Part shown: positions 16,936 to 26,533 of the stretch, piece by piece
Numbering within the stretch: the first letter of the stretch is position 1
Layout: each line of letters opens with the position of its first letter
Source: a bacterium
GTDB taxonomy: Bacteria > JAHJDO01
Direction of reading: 5' to 3'
Assembly: GCA_043824255.1 (NCBI GenBank)
Contig: JBDRTG010000027.1
Span: 64,001 to 128,000, forward strand
Length of the DNA stretch: 64,000 nucleotides
Made by a program: the position numbers and the translations under genes
Notes under the pieces: model-generated
Databases searched by the model: none
Seen by the model: the letters and a program-made list of their open reading frames with translations, nothing else
Told to the model about the DNA's origin: nothing

Positions 16936-17805
16936 ATGTTTGAAGGGTCAATAGTTGCAATAGTTACACCATTTAAAGATGATAAGATTGACGAACAGAG
17001 ATTATCAGAGCTTATTGAGTTTCATATTTCAGAGGGCACAAGCGCAATTCTTCCATGCGGATGTACAGGAGAGGCAGCTACGCTTACTCACAAAGAGCAG
17101 GAATACATGATAAAATTAGTTATTGATATTGTTGAGAGGAGAGTCCCTGTGATTGCCGGAACAGGTTCAAATAGCACTGAAGAAGCTCTGGCGCTTACAA
17201 AATCTGCTAAAGGCGCTGGGGCAGATGGAGCCTTGCTGATTACTCCATACTATAATAAACCAACTCCCAGTGGACAGTACTTGCATTATGAGAAGATAGC
17301 AAAGGCAGTGGATATCCCTATCATACTGTATAATGTGCCTTCAAGAACAGGCATAAGCATTCTGCCTCAAACAGTTGCTGAACTTTCAAAGATTGATAAT
17401 ATTATTGGTATAAAGGAAGCAAGCGGGAGCTTGGATCAGGTCAGTGATATAATAGATCTGTGTGACATAACTGTTCTTTCAGGAGATGACGCTCTAACCT
17501 TGCCTATGATGGCGCTTGGAGCAAAAGGAGTAATATCAGTCGCAGCAAATGTAGTTCCAAAGCATATGGCTATGATGGTAAAGAGTTTTTTGAATGGTAA
17601 TTTAGAAGAATCCAGAAAAATTCATTTTAACTTGTTTCCGCTGTTTAAGGCATTATTCTATGAAACAAATCCAATACCTGTAAAAACAGCTCTTGGAATG
17701 ATGGGGAAGATTAGCCCTCAATTAAGACTACCTCTCTGCGAAATGAATAAGGAAAACACAGGAAAATTGAGAAGAGTATTGACTGACATAGGAGTTTTGT
17801 CATGA
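16936..17805 (+). CDS. dapA: 4-hydroxy-tetrahydrodipicolinate synthase
   Basis: GCTGE, PYYNKP, LYNVPSRTG, GIKEASG, ETNPIPVK. Confidence 0.96.
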   Translation: MFEGSIVAIVTPFKDDKIDEQRLSELIEFHISEGTSAILPCGCTGEAATLTHKEQEYMIKLVIDIVERRVPVIAGTGSNSTEEALALTKSAKGAGADGALLITPYYNKPTPSGQYLHYEKIAKAVDIPIILYNVPSRTGISILPQTVAELSKIDNIIGIKEASGSLDQVSDIIDLCDITVLSGDDALTLPMMALGAKGVISVAANVVPKHMAMMVKSFLNGNLEESRKIHFNLFPLFKALFYETNPIPVKTALGMMGKISPQLRLPLCEMNKENTGKLRRVLTDIGVLS

Positions 17806-18608
17806 TTAGTGTAATTGTTAATGGTGCGTGCGGAAAAATGGGCAAGAGAATAATTGCTCTCTTGTCCATGCAAAAAGATTTAGATCTTTGCGGAGCAGTT
17901 GAAATGTCATCTCATCCTGATATAGGAAAAGATGCTGGTGTAGTGGCAGGCATTGATAAATCAGGCGTAAAGGTGAGTTCATGTATTAAGGACATTATAA
18001 AGGATACAGATGTTGTGGTTGATTTTTCATCTGCAGAGGGAGCTCTTGATTCTGCCAGGATCTGCGCAAAGTATAAGAAAGCGTTAATTGTCGGCACTAC
18101 CGGGTTGAGCGTTGAAGCGTTATCTGAGATAAAAAGCATCTCTCGTATAGTTGCCTGTCTTGTTTCTTCAAATATGAGTGTTGGTGTTAATCTTTTGTGT
18201 AAACTTGTTGAGCAGGCGTCAAGCATATTAGGAGATGAATATGACGTGGAGATTATAGAGGCTCATCACAGGTTTAAGAAGGACGCTCCAAGTGGTACGG
18301 CAAAAACTCTTGCTGAGATTATTTCAAAAGTGATGGGTAAACAGCTTGAGGATATGGCTGTCTATGGCAGAAGAGGATTCGTTGGAGAAAGAAAGCGAAA
18401 TGAGATTGGAATACATGCTGTTAGAGCAGGCGATATAGTCGGAGAGCATACAGTTATATTTGGAGGAACTGGCGAAAGAATAGAACTAAAGCATATCGCT
18501 ACCACAAGAGATACATTTGCACAGGGAGTTATTAAAGCAATAAAATTCATTAGCACCCAAAGAGCAGGGCTCTATGACATGAAAGATGTATTGTGTGTAT
18601 ATATTTAA
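17802..18608 (+). CDS. dapB: 4-hydroxy-tetrahydrodipicolinate reductase
   Basis: GACGKMG, GTTG, EAHHRFKKDAPSGTA, RAGDIVGEH. Confidence 0.96.
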   Translation: MISVIVNGACGKMGKRIIALLSMQKDLDLCGAVEMSSHPDIGKDAGVVAGIDKSGVKVSSCIKDIIKDTDVVVDFSSAEGALDSARICAKYKKALIVGTTGLSVEALSEIKSISRIVACLVSSNMSVGVNLLCKLVEQASSILGDEYDVEIIEAHHRFKKDAPSGTAKTLAEIISKVMGKQLEDMAVYGRRGFVGERKRNEIGIHAVRAGDIVGEHTVIFGGTGERIELKHIATTRDTFAQGVIKAIKFISTQRAGLYDMKDVLCVYI

Positions 18609-19075
18609 GTCTTGGTTCAAATATAGGAAATCGCAAGGCGAATATTCAGGAAGCTATTCGGCTCTTGTCTCAAAACCAGCAGATTGAGGTCAAGAAGTGT
18701 TCTTCGTTTTATGAAACAAGTCCTGTTGGCATAGAGAAACAGCCGTGGTTTGTGAATTGTGCAGTTGAAGTTGAGACAGATATTGAGCCTGAAAACTTAT
18801 TGAAGATCATTAAAGATATTGAACTTTCCATAGGAAGAGAGCATTCCTTTGTTTGGGGTCCTCGGGAAATAGATATAGATATAATTTTTTTTAAGGATAT
18901 TGTTTTGAATGAACAGGTTTTGAAAATTCCTCATTCTCAAGCGCACAGGAGAGCATTTGTACTGGCTCCTTTAACTGAGATTGTTGAGGATTTTATACAT
19001 CCTCTTCTTGGAAAGTCTGTGAAACAGTTGCTGAATGAGATAACAGAAGAACAAATTGTTAGGAAAATAGGGTAA
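18593..19075 (+). CDS. folK: 6-hydroxymethyl-7,8-dihydropterin pyrophosphokinase
   Basis: YLSLGSNIG, WGPREIDIDI, IPH..RAFVLAPL. Confidence 0.95.
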   Translation: MCIYLSLGSNIGNRKANIQEAIRLLSQNQQIEVKKCSSFYETSPVGIEKQPWFVNCAVEVETDIEPENLLKIIKDIELSIGREHSFVWGPREIDIDIIFFKDIVLNEQVLKIPHSQAHRRAFVLAPLTEIVEDFIHPLLGKSVKQLLNEITEEQIVRKIG

Positions 19076-19732
19076 ATGTTAGAAGGGAAGTATATTGTTG
19101 TTGAAGGCACTATTGGTGTAGGAAAGACTTCTCTTGCTAGAGAGCTGTCAAAAGAGATTAATGGGAAACTAGTTCTTGAGAAAAGTGAAGAAAATCCATT
19201 TCTGGAGAAGTTCTATGGGAATGCAGAAGAATATGCCTTTCAAACGCAGATTTTCTTTCTTCTCTCACGATATAGTCAGCAACAAAAACTGTTGCAACGA
19301 GAGCTTTTCAAAAGGGCTGTTGTGTGTGATTATTTATTCACAAAGGATAGAATATTTGCGTATCTTAATCTTAATGAAGATGAATTGGTATTGTATAATC
19401 ACCTTGAGCCTTTACTAGCTAAGAGGATTCCTGCACCTGATTTAGTAATATATCTTCAGGCATCTACCTCAGTTTTGATTCAACGCATAAAAAATAGAAG
19501 AAAGCAATATGAAATAGGAATTTCCCAGACATATATAGAAGAGCTTAATAAAGCGTATAACCATTTCTTTTTTCTATATAAGGACAGCCCGTTGCTTTTT
19601 GTGGATACAGACCGGATAGATTTTGTTCATAGCAAGATAGACCTTAGTGATTTAATTAAAACAATAAAAGACATGCGAGGAGGCACTCAATACTATAAAC
19701 CTGTTTCCTCAGATATATTTACAAAAATGTAA
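19076..19732 (+). CDS. Deoxynucleoside kinase
   Basis: EGTIGVGKT, NPFLEKFY, FQTQIFFLLSR, PDLVIYL. Confidence 0.9.
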   Translation: MLEGKYIVVEGTIGVGKTSLARELSKEINGKLVLEKSEENPFLEKFYGNAEEYAFQTQIFFLLSRYSQQQKLLQRELFKRAVVCDYLFTKDRIFAYLNLNEDELVLYNHLEPLLAKRIPAPDLVIYLQASTSVLIQRIKNRRKQYEIGISQTYIEELNKAYNHFFFLYKDSPLLFVDTDRIDFVHSKIDLSDLIKTIKDMRGGTQYYKPVSSDIFTKM

Positions 19733-19748
19733 TATTTATAAGGATAAT

Positions 19749-20546
19749 GTGATGAAGAAAACAGCTGTAGTAATTCGAAGTATGAAAGGAAGAAAAAAAA
19801 TTGTTGCGCTTACTTCTTATAATTATTGGATGACAACAATTATTAACCAGGTAGATATTGATTTGATTCTTGTTGGTGATTCGCTTTCATCTATGATTCT
19901 CGGATACAAGGATACTATACCAGTGACAATGGATGAAATGATACATCATACCAAAGCTGTATCGAGAGCTAATCCAGATTCGTTACTTGTTGCAGATATG
20001 CCATTTATGTCGTATCAGGTGAGTCAGGAGAAGGCTTTGGAAAATGCAGGTAGATTTATAAAAGAGGCAGGAGCTGAGGCAGTTAAACTGGAAGGAGGAA
20101 AGCAGATAAAAGATACTGTATATAGGATTGTTCAAGCAGGGATTCCAGTGCTGGGTCATATAGGTCTGACCCCTCAATCAATTCATCAGATCGGGGGATA
20201 TAGAGTTCAAGGAAGGGACCCCGAGAGAGCTAAGAAGCTCCTTGAAGATGCTTTGCTGCTTGAGAAAACAGGGGTTTTTGCCATTGTTCTTGAATGTGTT
20301 CCGTATGCACTCGCAAGGGATATAACAAAGAAACTTCATATCCCGACTATTGGGATTGGAGCAGGTCCGTACTGTGATGGACAGATATTAGTAACACACG
20401 ATATGCTGGGCTTAAAGGGAGGACATGTTCCAAAATTTGTTAAACAGTATGCTAATTTGACAGAACAGATCACAAAAGCACTTGAGGACTATAAAAAAGA
20501 TGTAACTGCAGGAAAGTTCCCGGATAAAGAGCATAGTTACAAATGA
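19749..20546 (+). CDS. panB: Ketopantoate hydroxymethyltransferase
   Basis: LVGDS, DMPFMSY, AVKLEGG, GHIGLTPQS, IGIGAG. Confidence 0.96.
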   Translation: MMKKTAVVIRSMKGRKKIVALTSYNYWMTTIINQVDIDLILVGDSLSSMILGYKDTIPVTMDEMIHHTKAVSRANPDSLLVADMPFMSYQVSQEKALENAGRFIKEAGAEAVKLEGGKQIKDTVYRIVQAGIPVLGHIGLTPQSIHQIGGYRVQGRDPERAKKLLEDALLLEKTGVFAIVLECVPYALARDITKKLHIPTIGIGAGPYCDGQILVTHDMLGLKGGHVPKFVKQYANLTEQITKALEDYKKDVTAGKFPDKEHSYK

Positions 20547-21385
20547 AGATTGTTAAGACTGTTCAGGATATGCAGCAATTATCTAAGAGAGTAAAAATCC
20601 ATAATAAAAGCATTGGTTTTGTTCCAACAATGGGGTATCTTCACAACGGGCATTTGAGTCTTATACATAGAGCAAGAAAGGGTTGTGATATTGTAGTTAT
20701 GAGTATATTTGTGAATCCAATGCAGTTTGCCCCAGCAGAAGATTTAAAGAAATACCCGAGAGATTTTGGTATGGACAGGAAACTGGCAGAAAAGGCGGGA
20801 GTGGATGTTATTTTCTATCCAGATACGAAGCATATCTATGTTAAAGGTTTTTCCACCTTTGTTAGTGTTGAAAATATGGATAAAATCTGGGAAGGGAAAA
20901 CAAGACCTGCGCATTTTAGAGGAGTATGCACTATTGTCGGGAAACTTTTCAACATTGTAGACCCTGATATTGCTTATTTTGGCCAAAAAGATGCTCAGCA
21001 AGTCGCAATTATTAAAAGGATGGTAAAAGACCTGAATTTTAACATAAGGATTGTTGTTGTGCCCACTGTTAGAGAAAAGGATGGTTTGGCAATGAGTTCA
21101 AGGAATAAATATTTATCTTCTGAGGAAAGAAAAGGAGCGCTGGTATTATACAGGTCTTTACAGGAAGCAGAGGAAATGATAAAGAATGGAGAAAAAAAAT
21201 CTGATAATGTGTTAGAATATATGAGGAGTGTGGTAAAAAAAGAGAGATTGGTGCACTTGGATTATGTGGGCATAGTCAATCATGAGGATTTTTCACCTGT
21301 TTCTGAGATTTCAAAAAACAGTTTAATTATAATCGCTTGTCGTATAGGCAAGACAAGGCTTATAGACAATTTTTTATTGATATGA
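20543..21385 (+). CDS. panC: Pantoate-beta-alanine ligase
   Basis: FVPTMGYLHNGH, FGQKDAQQ, GLAMSSRN, RLIDN. Confidence 0.96.
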   Translation: MKIVKTVQDMQQLSKRVKIHNKSIGFVPTMGYLHNGHLSLIHRARKGCDIVVMSIFVNPMQFAPAEDLKKYPRDFGMDRKLAEKAGVDVIFYPDTKHIYVKGFSTFVSVENMDKIWEGKTRPAHFRGVCTIVGKLFNIVDPDIAYFGQKDAQQVAIIKRMVKDLNFNIRIVVVPTVREKDGLAMSSRNKYLSSEERKGALVLYRSLQEAEEMIKNGEKKSDNVLEYMRSVVKKERLVHLDYVGIVNHEDFSPVSEISKNSLIIIACRIGKTRLIDNFLLI

Positions 21386-21396
21386 TAGCATAACGA

Positions 21397-21645
21397 AAAT
21401 TTTTAATTTCTAATTTTAAATTATTAATCAATTTTTTAATGCCTTAATGCTTAATTATAACTATAGTGAACAGTGATGGGTGAGCGGTGATGAGTGATGG
21501 GTACAAATGCATGAATAAAAAGTCCCCCTTTGAAGGGGGATTCAGGGGGATGTTGAGCAGGTACTTAGAAATTGTGGAATTTAGAAATTCATTGGAAATT
21601 AGTAATTGAAAATTAAGAATTTAGTCTTTTAACAAGGGGGTTTTA
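21397..21645. repeat. Nested repeat patch: inverted AT-rich heptamer arms enclosing a GTGATG(A/G) heptamer run and a TCCCCCTT/AAGGGGGA hairpin
   Basis: Left arm 21397-21456, heptamers 21465-21502, hairpin 21523-21540, right arm 21564-21622. Confidence 0.8.
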
Positions 21646-21647
21646 TT

Positions 21648-22502
21648 ATGCAAGTTTATATTGATGGAAAATTCTTTCCAACATCAAAGGCCAATATTTC
21701 TGTATATGATCATGGGTTTTTGTACGGAGACGGAGTTTTTGAGGGAATCAGGATATATAATGGCAATATCTTCATGCTGGATGAACATATAAACAGGCTT
21801 TATGATTCTGCAAAGGCGATCAGATTAAAAATACCATTATCAAAGACCGAAATCAAAGGTGCTGTTAAGCAAGCTCATAGAGTTAACGGATTGAAGGATG
21901 GGTATGTAAGATTGCTGATAACAAGAGGTGTAGGGGATTTGGGTATTGATCCAAGAAAAAGTCCTAAACCATCAATTGTTATTATTGTTAACAAAATAGC
22001 TCTTTATCCGAGAGAGCTTTATAATAAAGGGATGGAGATTATAACTGCATCTACGCAAAGAACACCTGTCAGTGCTCTGAATCCTCAGATAAAATCCATG
22101 AATTATCTAAATAATATTCTTGCCAAGATTGAAGCGGTAAATGCTGGTGCTAACGAAGCGCTAATGCTGAATTCCTCTGGCAATGTTGTTGAATGCAGCG
22201 GGGATAATATATTTATATATAGGAACGATACTCTTATTACTCCGCCTACATCTATTGGCGCATTGGACGGGATTACAAGAAGAATAGTTATGAAGCTTGC
22301 TGAGCGGGAAGGTTTGAAGGTTAAAGAACTTATTTTTTCAAGACATGAAGTCTATACTTCTGATGAATGCTTCTTGAGCGGAACAGCAGCTGAGCTTATT
22401 CCTGTAGTAAAAGTTGATGGAAGAGAGATAGGAAACGGAAAGCCCGGGAAAATCACAGCGCTTCTAATAAACAAGTTCAAGAAATTTACCGGAGAGAACT
22501 AA
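21648..22502 (+). CDS. ilvE: Branched-chain amino acid aminotransferase
   Basis: DHGFLYGDGVFEGIR, KSMNYLNNILAK, LDGITR, GTAAELIP. Confidence 0.93.
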   Translation: MQVYIDGKFFPTSKANISVYDHGFLYGDGVFEGIRIYNGNIFMLDEHINRLYDSAKAIRLKIPLSKTEIKGAVKQAHRVNGLKDGYVRLLITRGVGDLGIDPRKSPKPSIVIIVNKIALYPRELYNKGMEIITASTQRTPVSALNPQIKSMNYLNNILAKIEAVNAGANEALMLNSSGNVVECSGDNIFIYRNDTLITPPTSIGALDGITRRIVMKLAEREGLKVKELIFSRHEVYTSDECFLSGTAAELIPVVKVDGREIGNGKPGKITALLINKFKKFTGEN

Positions 22503-22503
22503 A

Positions 22504-23001
22504 ATGATCTGTCAGATTTGCAATGAACAGCAGGCGACGGTTCATTATACAGAGATTATCAGTAATAAAGCAGTAGAGCTGCATCTGTGTGAGGATTGTG
22601 CCAGGGAAAAAGAGATAATAGGTCAATCCGGAAATTTTCCCATGGCAGATTTGGTTAAAGGGCTTACAGGTTTTGTAGGGACAGAGGACGAAGAGGAAAA
22701 TCTGAAGTGTGATAATTGCGGTCTTCTATTTTCGGATTTTAGAAGGACAGGGCGTTTTGGCTGCAGCAGATGCTATAGGGCATTTCAAACTGAACTGGAA
22801 CCGCTAATAAAGAGGATTCATGGAAGCGCAAAACATGTTGGAAATGTTGTGCCGGCTAAGCATGCTAAAGAAGCTCAGACTTTATCAAAGATCGAAAAGC
22901 TGAAGATGGAAATGGAGGGGGCTATTCAGCAAGAAGTGTTTGAGAGGGCAGCAGAGATCAGAGATCAGATAAGAAAGCTAGAGAAGGGGATTAAGAAATA
23001 A
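22504..23001 (+). CDS. mcsA: McsA-type activator (CxxC plus UVR domain)
   Basis: CQIC, CEDC, CDNC, GCSRC; FERAAEIRDQI. Confidence 0.92.
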   Translation: MICQICNEQQATVHYTEIISNKAVELHLCEDCAREKEIIGQSGNFPMADLVKGLTGFVGTEDEEENLKCDNCGLLFSDFRRTGRFGCSRCYRAFQTELEPLIKRIHGSAKHVGNVVPAKHAKEAQTLSKIEKLKMEMEGAIQQEVFERAAEIRDQIRKLEKGIKK

Positions 23002-24059
23002 TGTCTGTTGATAAGTTGGTTGGACAGATTGCCAGTTGGCTGCAAAAGGAAGGGCCTCTATCAGACATAGTTGTAAGCAGCAGAGTAAGACTTGCAAGGA
23101 ATTATGATCTGATACCTTTCCCTCATCGCGCTAATAAGGAGCAGCTCAGAGAAGTAGTATCAAAGACAGAGAAAGCTATAAAGAATAGTAAGTATTTAAA
23201 GAATACCTTAATTGTAGATATGTCGGATTTAACAGATATAGATGTTCAGTTTCTGGTGGAAAAACACCTTATAAGTCAGGAGTTTGGAAAGCCAAAATCA
23301 GAGCAGATATTAGTAGTAAGTGATAGAGAGATAATTAGTATAATGGTTAATGAGGAAGATCATTTGCGGCTTCAATGCATACAGCCCGGTTTACAGCTGT
23401 TAGATAGCTGGAGATTGATCAATCAGGCAACATTAGAACTTGAATCACAAGTGGAATTTGCTTTCTCTAAGACATGGGGATATCTAACATCGTGTCCTAC
23501 TAATGTTGGGACAGGCATACGAGCCTCAGTCCTGATCCATCTGCCTGCCTTAGTAATTACCAAGCAAATAGGAAAGGTTCTGCAGGCGGTTGCCAAGCTG
23601 GGTATTGCAATTAGAGGGCTTTATGGAGAAGGGACTGAAGCATATGGAAATTTCTTTCAAATATCTAATCAGGTTACTCTGGGATATAGCGAGGAGGATA
23701 TAATAAATAATATTGAAAGTGTAGTAAAACAAGTTGTTGGTTATGAGGAGAATGCCAGGGCACTAATCATGAAGGAAGATAAAAAAGCTATAGAAGATAA
23801 GATTTGGCGCGCGTATGGAGTGCTTTCAAATGTTAGAATCATTGATTTTCAGGAGACTTTAAACTTGTTGTCTCTCCTGCGATTAGGAATTGGATTGAAG
23901 ATGATAGATAAAATAGATAGAATATTAGTCAATAGAATGTTTATTATTACACAACCGGCGTATCTTCAGAAATTAGAAGGAAGAAAATTGGAGCCTTATG
24001 AGCGTGATATAGCAAGAGCAAATCTTATCAGGAAAAATTTAGAAAGAAGGGGAAAATAA
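23001..24059 (+). CDS. mcsB: Protein arginine kinase McsB
   Basis: SSRVRLARN, NEEDHLR, GYLTSCPTNVGTG, RGLYGEG, QISNQVTLG. Confidence 0.95.
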   Translation: MSVDKLVGQIASWLQKEGPLSDIVVSSRVRLARNYDLIPFPHRANKEQLREVVSKTEKAIKNSKYLKNTLIVDMSDLTDIDVQFLVEKHLISQEFGKPKSEQILVVSDREIISIMVNEEDHLRLQCIQPGLQLLDSWRLINQATLELESQVEFAFSKTWGYLTSCPTNVGTGIRASVLIHLPALVITKQIGKVLQAVAKLGIAIRGLYGEGTEAYGNFFQISNQVTLGYSEEDIINNIESVVKQVVGYEENARALIMKEDKKAIEDKIWRAYGVLSNVRIIDFQETLNLLSLLRLGIGLKMIDKIDRILVNRMFIITQPAYLQKLEGRKLEPYERDIARANLIRKNLERRGK

Positions 24060-24061
24060 AG

Positions 24062-26533
24062 ATGTTCAGCAGATTTACAGAAAGAGCAAAACGTGTAGTT
24101 ATAATGGCAAAGGAAGAAGCTACTCGCATGAATCATCCACAGGTTGGAACAGAACATATTTTACTTGGTCTTCTTAGAGTGGGTAGTGGAGTGGCTCTAG
24201 CAGTAATTGAAAAATTGGGTATAGATTCAGAAAAGATAAGAGTGGAAATAGAGAAAAAAGCACAAACAGGTTCTCCTACATTAATACTTGGAGAGATGCC
24301 TTTAAGTCCACAAGCCAAGAGAGTTCTAGGGCTTGCTCTGGAGGAAGCGGCTGCACTTGGACATAATTATGTTGGAACAGAACATATGTTTCTTGGCTTA
24401 ATTCGTGAAAAAGAGGGAATTGCGGCTCAGGTTCTTGAACAAATGGGACTTAATTTGGAAAAGGTGAGAGCTGAAATAATGAGCCTTCTCGGTGGCGAGC
24501 CTTTAGGCGCAGCAGCAGGTCATGCAGGAGCAGGAGGGGCTGGAGCAAAGACTAAGACACCAGCGCTTGATGCATTTGGCACTAATCTCACAAAACTTGC
24601 AATTGACGGAAAGCTTGATCCTGTTATAGGTAGAAAGGATGAAATAGAGAGAGTAATTCATGTATTAAGCAGGAGGAAAAAGAATAATCCTGTTCTTTTA
24701 GGAGATGCAGGAGTTGGTAAAACAGCCATTGTAGAGGGATTGGGCCAGCAAATAGTTGCTGGAAATGTTCCTGATTCCATTAAAGGGAAAAGGCTTATAA
24801 CCCTTGATTTAGCTTCTATGGTTGCCGGGACAAAGTATCGCGGGCAATTTGAGGAAAGAATTAAAGCTGTTATGTCAGAGATAAAAAAATCAGATGATGT
24901 GATATTGTTTATTGATGAAATACATAATTTAGTAGGTGCAGGTGCTGCAGAAGGAGCAATAGATGCTTCCAGTATACTGAAGCCTGCGTTAGCCAGAGGA
25001 GATATTCAGTGTATTGGAGCAACAACTGTAGATGAATACAGAAAATACATTGAAAAGGATGCTGCTCTAGAAAGGCGTTTTCAAACAATTATGGTTGAAG
25101 CTCCGTCTGTAAAGGAAACAATAGAGATATTAAAGGGACTAAGAGATAAGTATGAAGCGTATCATAGAGTAGGGATAGCAGATGAAGCACTTGAGTCTGC
25201 AGCTAAACTGTCTGATCGTTATATAACTAATAGATTTTTGCCAGATAAAGCAATAGATGTCATAGATGAAGCTGGTGCAAAGGTTCGGCTATCAGTCACA
25301 ACTGCGCCTTTGGATGTAAAGAAACTTGAAAAGCAGCTAGATGAAGTTAGAAAGGAGAAGGAAGCAGCTATCAAAACGCAGGATTTTGAAAAGGCGGCAG
25401 AATTAAGAGATCGAGAGAAAAAGCTGAAGGATGAACTCTCTAACCAGCAGAAAGACTGGAACCGGTCAAATAAAAAGGTGTCTGCTGTAGTAACTACTGA
25501 GGTGATTGCAGAGATTGTGTCCAAGTGGACAGGAATACCGGTTCAGAGACTTCAGGAAGCAGAGGCTAAAAAGCTTCTCAAGATGGAAGAGGCTCTGCAT
25601 AAGCGTATTATTGGACAGGATGAACCAATAGAAGCAATCAGCAGGGCAATAAGACGCTCACGATCAGGGCTGAAAGATCCAAAAAGACCTGTTGGCTCAT
25701 TTATTTTTCTGGGACCTACAGGAGTAGGAAAAACGGAGCTTGCAAAGACACTGGCAGAGTTTTTATTTGGTGATAGAGATGCTCTTATACGTCTTGATAT
25801 GTCAGAGTACATGGAGAAATTTGCTGTATCAAGACTTATTGGAGCTCCTCCAGGATATGTGGGTTATGAGGAAGGTGGGTTGCTTACTGAAAAGGTAAGA
25901 AGACGGCCATACTCTGTGGTTCTTCTTGATGAGATAGAAAAGGCGCATCCTGATGTTTTTAATATACTCTTGCAGGTATTTGACGATGGCAGGTTGACAG
26001 ACAGTTTGAACCATACTGTGGATTTTAGAAATACAGTATTAATTATGACATCAAACATTGGTACACGTGATATAAAGCGCGGATCTTTGGGGTTTCGCTC
26101 TTCAGATGCGAAACTGACGTATGAGGAAACCAAGTCCAAGCTTATGAGCGAAGTTAAACAGGTGTTCAGACCCGAATTTATTAATAGATTGGACGAAGTA
26201 ATAGTGTTTCATGAACTCACTAAAGATGAACTAAAAAAGATAGTGGATTTGATGTTAAGCGATGTATATTCACGTCTCGAATCAGATAGGATAAAATTGC
26301 ATATTACTTCTCAGGTGAAGGATTTTCTTATTGAAAAAGGCTATGACCCTGTTTATGGAGCAAGACCTCTTCAAAGGGCTATACAGCGTTATATTGAAGA
26401 CCCTCTCTCTGAAGAAATATTAAGGAGAAAAATTTCCAAAGGCTCTATAATAGAGGTTGTTCAAAAGGGGGATAAATTAGATTTTAGTATAAAAAGGCAA
26501 AAAGCTGTTAACAACACAAGGAGCAGAGGATAA
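24062..26533 (+). CDS. clpC: Clp protease ATP-binding subunit ClpC
   Basis: MFSRFTERA N-domain, two Walker A motifs (GVGKT), UVR M-domain, IGF-like LGF loop. Confidence 0.96.
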   Translation: MFSRFTERAKRVVIMAKEEATRMNHPQVGTEHILLGLLRVGSGVALAVIEKLGIDSEKIRVEIEKKAQTGSPTLILGEMPLSPQAKRVLGLALEEAAALGHNYVGTEHMFLGLIREKEGIAAQVLEQMGLNLEKVRAEIMSLLGGEPLGAAAGHAGAGGAGAKTKTPALDAFGTNLTKLAIDGKLDPVIGRKDEIERVIHVLSRRKKNNPVLLGDAGVGKTAIVEGLGQQIVAGNVPDSIKGKRLITLDLASMVAGTKYRGQFEERIKAVMSEIKKSDDVILFIDEIHNLVGAGAAEGAIDASSILKPALARGDIQCIGATTVDEYRKYIEKDAALERRFQTIMVEAPSVKETIEILKGLRDKYEAYHRVGIADEALESAAKLSDRYITNRFLPDKAIDVIDEAGAKVRLSVTTAPLDVKKLEKQLDEVRKEKEAAIKTQDFEKAAELRDREKKLKDELSNQQKDWNRSNKKVSAVVTTEVIAEIVSKWTGIPVQRLQEAEAKKLLKMEEALHKRIIGQDEPIEAISRAIRRSRSGLKDPKRPVGSFIFLGPTGVGKTELAKTLAEFLFGDRDALIRLDMSEYMEKFAVSRLIGAPPGYVGYEEGGLLTEKVRRRPYSVVLLDEIEKAHPDVFNILLQVFDDGRLTDSLNHTVDFRNTVLIMTSNIGTRDIKRGSLGFRSSDAKLTYEETKSKLMSEVKQVFRPEFINRLDEVIVFHELTKDELKKIVDLMLSDVYSRLESDRIKLHITSQVKDFLIEKGYDPVYGARPLQRAIQRYIEDPLSEEILRRKISKGSIIEVVQKGDKLDFSIKRQKAVNNTRSRG

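Noticed and set aside
21382..21647. Bridge ORF across the panC-ilvE patch
   Set aside because: The overlapping ATG stops after 3 codons; only short discontinuous mini-ORFs follow, so the bridge pattern is limited to the pilin operon.
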